DNA from: an uncultured Christensenella sp.
Lineage (GTDB): Bacteria > Bacillota > Clostridia > Christensenellales > UBA1242
Assembly (NCBI GenBank): GCA_964554475.1
Contig: CAZKOT010000005.1
Location: 1 to 47,480, forward strand
Length of the DNA stretch: 47,480 nt
Reading direction: 5' to 3'
Position numbers and translations under genes: made by a program. Of this stretch, positions 38,557 to 45,000 are shown in pieces. How positions within the stretch are numbered: position 1 is the first letter of the stretch; every line of letters begins with the position of its first letter. The notes below the pieces were generated by a model. The model had not been told where the DNA came from. It did not search any database and saw only the letters and a program-made list of their open reading frames with translations.

Positions 38557-38807
38557 AAATTAAAAGTTATTCGTTTTGGACTTCTCTTTCAGCGGCGACG
38601 GTAATTATTGTAAAAACAATTTGTGAAGCATTTGGGCTTGAATTTGAAGAAAAAATTGTCGGAGACATTATTATGGCAATTTGCGGACTTTTGGTTGTTT
38701 TCGGAGTTGTTACAATGCCGAGTAAAAAAGAGAGTACTGAAGTAAAAGAAAAAATTGAAAAGAAGGAAAGTGAAGAAAATATTATTGACGACAGAGAAAA
38801 TAAATAA
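38553..38807 (+). CDS. phage holin (two TM helices)
   Basis: 84 aa. FWTSLSAATVIIVKTICEAFGL...IIMAICGLLVVFGVVTMP with a charged tail. ATGA overlap with the previous gene. Confidence 0.6.
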   Translation: MKIKSYSFWTSLSAATVIIVKTICEAFGLEFEEKIVGDIIMAICGLLVVFGVVTMPSKKESTEVKEKIEKKESEENIIDDRENK

Positions 38808-38832
38808 AAACTGACAGCTATAAATTATAAAT

Positions 38833-38863
38833 AATACTGCTTGTTAAGAGCAGTATTTTTTTT
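38833..38863. terminator. bidirectional terminator between the holin gene and the convergent peptidase gene
   Basis: aatactgct (38833-38841) / agcagtatt (38849-38857) plus T-run. Confidence 0.75.
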
Positions 38864-38933
38864 AAATAATTTTTTCAAAATAAGAAAAAAGTCTTTTTAC
38901 TAAGTTGAATATTATCTCAATTTTTAATTTATA

Positions 38934-40094
38934 TTAATTAAGCTTTGAGTAATCGTTTGTTGTTATTAGTTTTAGTGCCAATTTGGGAATATTTTTGTTT
39001 TGTTTGAAAAGTATGGGTAATAATTCTTCAGTAAGTGGATGAGTTAAATCATCACTCCCAAGTTCAATCGTGAAAGCGGGAACGTGAAATGTTTGACTAA
39101 CCCAATCAGAATATCCGCCAACAGATTGCTTTGTTTTTTCAATTTTGTACCCCGTTATTATTGCAATTTTTTTTGCAATTTTTTTGTCTCTTTCAATTTC
39201 ATTTTTTGACAATTTTTCAAAACCATAAAATATTACTTCACCTTTAGTGTGATAAGAAATTGTCATCATTGGTTTGACTTGCAAAGTAAAATCAATTAAT
39301 GCTTTTACTTCGGGTTCGCTGTTTGGCTCTTTTCCCACATAATTTAACGGAGCAGGAAAGAATACATTTGATTTTCCATTTCCCCAAAGGGCATCAAAAT
39401 TGACGTTGAGGTCCACTGCATTTGCATTCGCTTTCCATAGACTGCGAATAAAAGACGAAATGCTACGTTCCTCACAACTTGCTTCGGGCTCCAGGTCTTC
39501 GCCCTCAAAAAACTCTTGCGTGTTTTTGTTGTTCGGAGTACTGGGATGCGAGGCCAGACAGTCATTAACGCTCGCCTTTTTAATGTTTCCGCTCGCAAGC
39601 GTGCTCAACCTACAAAAACGTAAAATGTTTTTGGCGGCTCGCGGAAATAAACTCCTGCCTGTCCTCATATCCCGAGCTTTGCCTATTGCATTGTCTTCGA
39701 GGTCCATATTATGAGGATTGTAAATATTTTTTTTGTTTAATCTATAATTTTTTATAATCTGTTTTAAAAACTCTTTTTTTTCATCAAAAATTTTATTTTC
39801 TATTCCATTCATTGCAAGAAGTGCACCGTCGGGATTGCAAAGGGGAATAAAATAAATTCCTCCATAGTGCGTTAGTTTTGAAAAATCTTGTTTCAAATAA
39901 AATTTTAAAAGTTCCAAAACCAAAAGGGAAGAGACCCATTCACGAGCATGAATTCCGCCCTCAATAATAATTTGATTTTTTGAGTTGTCGCCTACATGAA
40001 AAGCATAAATATTTTGTCCAAGCACGCTTTTTCCAATAATTTGCTTTGGGCAAGTAATTTGCATTATTTCTTTTTCTAATTCTTTAAAGTTCAC
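38934..40094 (-). CDS. M14-family zinc peptidase (gamma-D-glutamyl-diamino-acid endopeptidase type) carrying a GC-rich in-frame insertion
   Basis: GGIHAREW (HxxE), LCNPDG, LWKANANAVDLNVNF, NSEPE and SYHTKGEVI motifs. GTG start at 40094 (alternative ATG at 40064). About 85-97 extra codons lie between NPDG and WKAN. Confidence 0.8.
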   Translation of the reverse strand: MNFKELEKEIMQITCPKQIIGKSVLGQNIYAFHVGDNSKNQIIIEGGIHAREWVSSLLVLELLKFYLKQDFSKLTHYGGIYFIPLCNPDGALLAMNGIENKIFDEKKEFLKQIIKNYRLNKKNIYNPHNMDLEDNAIGKARDMRTGRSLFPRAAKNILRFCRLSTLASGNIKKASVNDCLASHPSTPNNKNTQEFFEGEDLEPEASCEERSISSFIRSLWKANANAVDLNVNFDALWGNGKSNVFFPAPLNYVGKEPNSEPEVKALIDFTLQVKPMMTISYHTKGEVIFYGFEKLSKNEIERDKKIAKKIAIITGYKIEKTKQSVGGYSDWVSQTFHVPAFTIELGSDDLTHPLTEELLPILFKQNKNIPKLALKLITTNDYSKLN

Positions 40095-40258
40095 ATAAGT
40101 TAATATGAAAAAAATATTTTTTATGATAAAAAAACATTAATAAATAGATAAGTTTTTCACTAAAAAGAAAAAATTATGGTAAAGCTTTTTTGTAAAAAAT
40201 ACATTGCTTAATGTTATTTAGTAATGTTATAATAAAAAAAACAAAAGAGGAAATTATT

Positions 40259-41011
40259 ATGGTTTGGTGGCAAAATATTTTAATTGTTGTTGTTTTCTCC
40301 ATTGTGCTTTTTTATTTATATTTAAGATTATTATCAAAAGGAAGTGCTGGTGAATTTGTTGTCAAGCTTGTTTTAATTTTTCTTAACAAGAATGAGTATA
40401 AAAAATTTCATGATATAACAATTCAAGATAATGATAAAACAGTTCAAATTGACCACTTAATTATTTCAAAATATGGTGTTTTTGTTGTGGAAACAAAAAA
40501 TTATTCGGGAACAATTTATGGCAACGAAAACGCAAGTCATTTTTACAAATATAATCATCAAAAGAAGTATGAATTTTACAATCCAATCAAACAAAATTAT
40601 GGACATATATTTGCTTTAAAAAATGTTTTGGGAGACTACAAATATATTTCTGCTGTTGTATTTTCGGGGTATGCAACAAAACTGAAAATTGAAAGTACGT
40701 CTTTTGTGGGATACATTGGAGATTTACCACGATATATAAAATCTTTTAAAGAAGAACTTTACAGTGAAGAACAAGTCACTGAAATTGCAAACAAGATAAA
40801 ATCACTTTCCTTAAAAAATGTATTGTTAAAAAGCAAACATGTTAAAGATATAAAAGAACGCATGGAAGTTTATGATGAAAAAGTGGCACAGATGATTTGT
40901 CCAAAATGTGGAAACGTGCTTGTTGTGCGAAATGGACAATACGGTAAATTTATAGGCTGTTCATTATATCCAAATTGCAAATTTAAAAAGAAAATAGTAG
41001 ATAAATTATGA
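40259..41011 (+). CDS. NERD-domain protein with a C-terminal topoisomerase-type zinc ribbon
   Basis: N-terminal TM, IDHLIISKYGVFVVETKNYSG NERD core, CPKCG...CSLYPNC zinc finger. ATG 40259 follows AGAGGA (track ORF starts 40211). Confidence 0.75.
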   Translation: MVWWQNILIVVVFSIVLFYLYLRLLSKGSAGEFVVKLVLIFLNKNEYKKFHDITIQDNDKTVQIDHLIISKYGVFVVETKNYSGTIYGNENASHFYKYNHQKKYEFYNPIKQNYGHIFALKNVLGDYKYISAVVFSGYATKLKIESTSFVGYIGDLPRYIKSFKEELYSEEQVTEIANKIKSLSLKNVLLKSKHVKDIKERMEVYDEKVAQMICPKCGNVLVVRNGQYGKFIGCSLYPNCKFKKKIVDKL

Positions 41012-41122
41012 AATATTTTAAATTAACTAAATATCTAAATTCGATTATGTATACTCAAGTTTCATAAGTTTGCTAAAGAATACTTTTAATGATATAATTT
41101 GAATATAATAGTGTGGGGATAA

Positions 41123-41485
41123 ATGTTTTTTATGCCACAAAAAAAGGAAAATATGAAAATTTTTAGAACAATTTTAAATATAATATTTTTAGCAATACAA
41201 GGCGTGCTGTTATTTTTTGTTTTTCAATCTTACTTTGTAGCAAATGCTTTGATTCCGTCTGAAGGAATCGGTTTATTTGATTTTTTTGTTTTATTTACTT
41301 TTTTATTTACAACAGTTCCAGTTTTCGGTATTTTGTTAATAATAAGTTTTATCATCAATATTTCAATTTTAATTAAATCATTATTTCGAATTAGGAAACA
41401 ATGGTGGTTACTTTTAATCGAATTAGCGATTTTGGGTGCGCATTTGTATTTAGGAATAAGTTTTTATTTGGCTTTAAAAGGTTAA
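41123..41485 (+). CDS. small polytopic membrane protein, unknown function
   Basis: 120 aa with 3-4 hydrophobic helices. No family recognised. Confidence 0.45.
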   Translation: MFFMPQKKENMKIFRTILNIIFLAIQGVLLFFVFQSYFVANALIPSEGIGLFDFFVLFTFLFTTVPVFGILLIISFIINISILIKSLFRIRKQWWLLLIELAILGAHLYLGISFYLALKG

Positions 41486-41822
41486 ATTTAATTAGGTAAT
41501 TATTTTTAAAAAAAATGGCAATTAATGAAGAAAAGCTTTTTTTTGCAAGACATTTCGCTCTTGTTCTTCGTTAAGATTTTTTTTGCATTGATATTATATT
41601 TTAAGTACAAGCATTATTTTTATTTGAGTGAAAAAAAACTGATTTCCATCATGCAAAACACTTAATTTTTTTTCTAAAGATATATTAAAAATATTGTTGA
41701 GTTTTAATACCCCTTCGCATTTATCCTAATGGATTTGGCGTTGGTTCAAACACTGCTACATTTGGCGGCGAGTGGCAAGACTATCCAAACATTTTCACTA
41801 CGAGTTTTTATAAGAAAAACTA

Positions 41823-41850
41823 TTGACACTAAATTGTTTTATGATATAAT
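41823..41850 (+). promoter_or_regulatory. near-consensus sigma-A promoter
   Basis: TTGACA (41823-41828), 16-nt spacer, TGaTATAAT extended -10 (41842-41850). Confidence 0.65.
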
Positions 41851-41856
41851 GTAACT

Positions 41857-41985
41857 AATGAATTTAGGAAACATTTTAAATTTAATAATCATTCAAAAAG
41901 TTCCTAGTGGATTAGGGGACTTAGAAATTTATAAACCAAAAAATAATGCCATGTTTTAGAGTATTCTCGACGTGGCATTTTTGTT
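41857..41985 (+). ncRNA. candidate ~125-nt small RNA or terminator-containing leader upstream of the giant ORF
   Basis: Bounded by the consensus promoter and the terminator aatgccatg (41945-41953) / cgtggcatt (41971-41979) plus T-run. No ORF inside. Class not recognised. Confidence 0.45.
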
Positions 41986-42082
41986 TATAAATGTAAGAAA
42001 TCATTTTAAATAAGGCGAAAAAATTTTTCAATTAAAACACAAGTATGAAAAAAAGCAAATTATAAAAAAATTTGAGGTACGG

Positions 42083-45000
42083 ATGAAAAAATATAATGTC
42101 AAATTAAATATTGTTTTTCAAACACTAATGATTTTATTAAGTGTGTTTAGTGTTGTAATTGGTTCATTATTTGTTTCTTATTCGTCAAATAAAGTATTCG
42201 CAAATTTTAATCCTTTAATGGTACAATATAACCAAACTCAAGAACAGGAAAGCTCAAGTGACAAAAAAAATATTGAAATTACCACCTACAAACTAAATGA
42301 TAACACTGGATACAATATTAATAGCAGTGATCAAATTTCAAATGATAATCATTTATTAAAAGATGCAAATGAAATTGGAAAAACATTTTTAAATCTTTCA
42401 GTGATTGCAGAGAGTGATTTTCCTCAAGGTGAAACAAGTGACGGCAGAGTTGGGGCATTTATTGAAACAACAAATGAGCAAAATTTGTTATTGAAACAAA
42501 ATGGAATCAATGCTTATGGTGTTTCAGGTTCACGTGTTTATATTGGTCTTAATTACAATTTTGACAAAATTTTAGGCTTTGTAAATTATGAAAATGTTCC
42601 AAAAGGAACAAAATCAAATATTGAATTTTCATCTGATACAGCGACTTCAATTGGCGGAAAAACTGTTGGTGAAATTAAGTATGGCGGAATTTTAATTCAA
42701 AAAAAGACTTCAATTAATGACATTTATCAAATGCAAACAAAGCAAGGAGAAACTTTTGATAATATTCACACAACAGACTTAACAACTTGGTTTAGTCCAG
42801 AAATCTATGTTAATGGTTATGAAACTGCTAAACTTTTTCAGTTAAGCGGACAAGACATTAATAATGGAGTTTTCATTCAAATTCAATTTGCATATGAGTT
42901 GAAATATACATATAGTTGGCATGAGCAAGCAGATTTTTGGCATTGGTGGGGTGAAGACAAAAGCGAAACGGTTTATGTCAATATGTTGGAAGTTGCCGAG
43001 TTTTATGTTGTACAAAATTCAGGAGTTGTTTCCTTTCACAATGCATCAACAACTAGCACAGTTGAAAACGAAGGAACAAGTGAGGCAGTTAGGCAGGCAG
43101 GGACAATTTTGAGCGGACACACAAGTTTTAATGGATTTAGACTTAACACTTTGGGAGCGAGTTACCAAGTTGAATATAGTAAAAATTTTTCTTCATTTGC
43201 TTTGGCAGAAGACGGGCAATTTTTCAGTGAGCAAGGCAGATATGATTTTAAAATCACAACCAAACTTGGAAAAGTTCGAGAGCATGTTATTTTTATTGAT
43301 AAGCGAGAAATTAATGATGCGGTTTGGGCATATTTTGGAGAAAGTTTGCTAACAAGCAAGGGAGATAGTGAAGAGAGTCTTGACAGTTATCGTCTTTTCA
43401 CAACTGGAGAGTTACCGACCTATTTAGCCGAGCAGACATATTATCACTTGAATAGTTTAAACAATTTATTTGCAAAAGCATATGGCAGAATTTACAAAGA
43501 ATCTGATGTTGAAGGTGACGAACGAGTTTTTATTGCAGAAATAACACAGGAAAATCCTGATGGCACAATTTTGGAGGAAGGAATTTACACAGCCGATTTT
43601 TATACTGATTATGGGGCATATGGCGAAGCTTTTGGAATTTCGAATTGTGGCAGTTCAAGCGGTGACAGTTATCATTTTATCTTCAAATTTGAAGTTGTGG
43701 ATAAGGAAACCCCGAGTAATCCATTTGTTAATGAGGAGTACTTAAACTCTTTCATTTCTGTTTCAGATTTAATGGCAAAGTATTATGCAATAACTCTTCA
43801 AAGTTCTGGAACTGGAAAAGTGGCATTTGCCTTTGCTGATTATTTTGGAGCATATAATTTTGCATACAATTACGAACGAAGTTTTATTGAAATTTTGGGA
43901 GATAATCAATTTCAATACAAATCTCTTGATGACCCTCAAATCTTAAATATTTACAACTCTCAATTTTCAGTTTTAGAGGCAGTTGATAAATATGCAGAGG
44001 AATTAATTGAAATTAAATATTTTGATGCAAGTGAGCCACAAACTTATCAAACAGCAAATATTGCCGATGAAGCGGTTTTAAATTTTGAATTTGAAGAAGA
44101 TATTGTTATATTTCTAAATGACATTGAACAAGAACTTGCAACTGATAGTAATAATTTTTTAAATGGACGAAAATATCGAAGTGTTAATTCTGACGGAACT
44201 ATTTCTGATGGAATTATTTATCCAACATTTTTGGCAGTTGGTGAATTTGAAACAAAAACCATTACTTTAATTAACAAGACTGACCCAACAATAGAGTTTA
44301 ATATTGTGTATGGTGTTTCCATTGAACAACAACTTTTAGAAGTAAATGCCCCAAGTGGAAAATATATTGTTAAAGAAGAAAACAAATACGGAACAATAAG
44401 TGAATATGAGGTTACATATATTTGTAATGGAGAAATGAGTGGAGTTGTTACTTTTGAAGTTTTCCATAACGGAGAAACGGAAACAAAAATAATAACCAAC
44501 CTTAACAATGAGCAAACAATTTTTGCAAATGGTTTTGTTTTAAAGAGTATAACAAATGAATTAGACAAGCATTCAATTATTAAAATTTCAAAGGACGGAG
44601 CGCAACAAAATATTTTTGAATTTAACGAAGTTCAAGATTTGATTTTTTATGAGGCAGGAGAATATCTTTTTACTTTTGTTGACAGACTAGGTAATTTGTT
44701 TAATTATAATGTTATAATTACTGACCAAGTTGGCTATCAAAACATTTCTTTTGTTAGTGAAGATGAAACAGTTCAAAACACATTTGCTTTTATTGGACAA
44801 ACAATAACCTTTCCAATTCCAGATGTAGCAGAGGGTTTTGAATTTATGGGCTGGCAATGTGGCGAAATTTTTGCGCCTGTAGGAGAAAATTTTACATTAA
44901 TTTCAAATGAAGACTTAGATTTTGTTGAAGTTTTACATTTTATTGAAACCACAATTACTTTATATGACGGAGAAATTTATACAACACTCACAGCAAAGCC

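Noticed and set aside
39408-39706. Group I intron or intein in the peptidase gene.
   Set aside because: The host reading frame runs through without a stop. At about 97 codons it is too short for an intein and has no Cys/Ser...HN-Cys junctions. I could not identify group I P3-P9 core pairings by eye. It is kept only as an in-frame insertion; an RT-PCR test is suggested.
39344-39714. Track ORFs 39400..39714 (+) and 39344..39598 (-) overlapping the peptidase insertion, as possible hidden genes.
   Set aside because: They have no RBS, arbitrary Ser/Leu/Arg-rich translations, and coincide exactly with the GC-rich block, where stop codons are rare by composition.
29266-41011. Prophage boundaries (att sites, integrase, tRNA target).
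   Set aside because: No integrase or recombinase gene, no tRNA gene and no convincing long direct repeats flank the module. Boundaries cannot be defined from this window.
41711-41818. A locally GC-richer stretch translating to ...PLRIYPNGFGVGSNTATFGGEWQDYPNIFTTSFYKKNY*, possibly a C-terminal gene remnant.
   Set aside because: Only about 36 codons are open, bounded by an upstream in-frame TGA. There is no start or RBS and no recognisable family. It may be a pseudogene fragment, but the evidence is insufficient to annotate.
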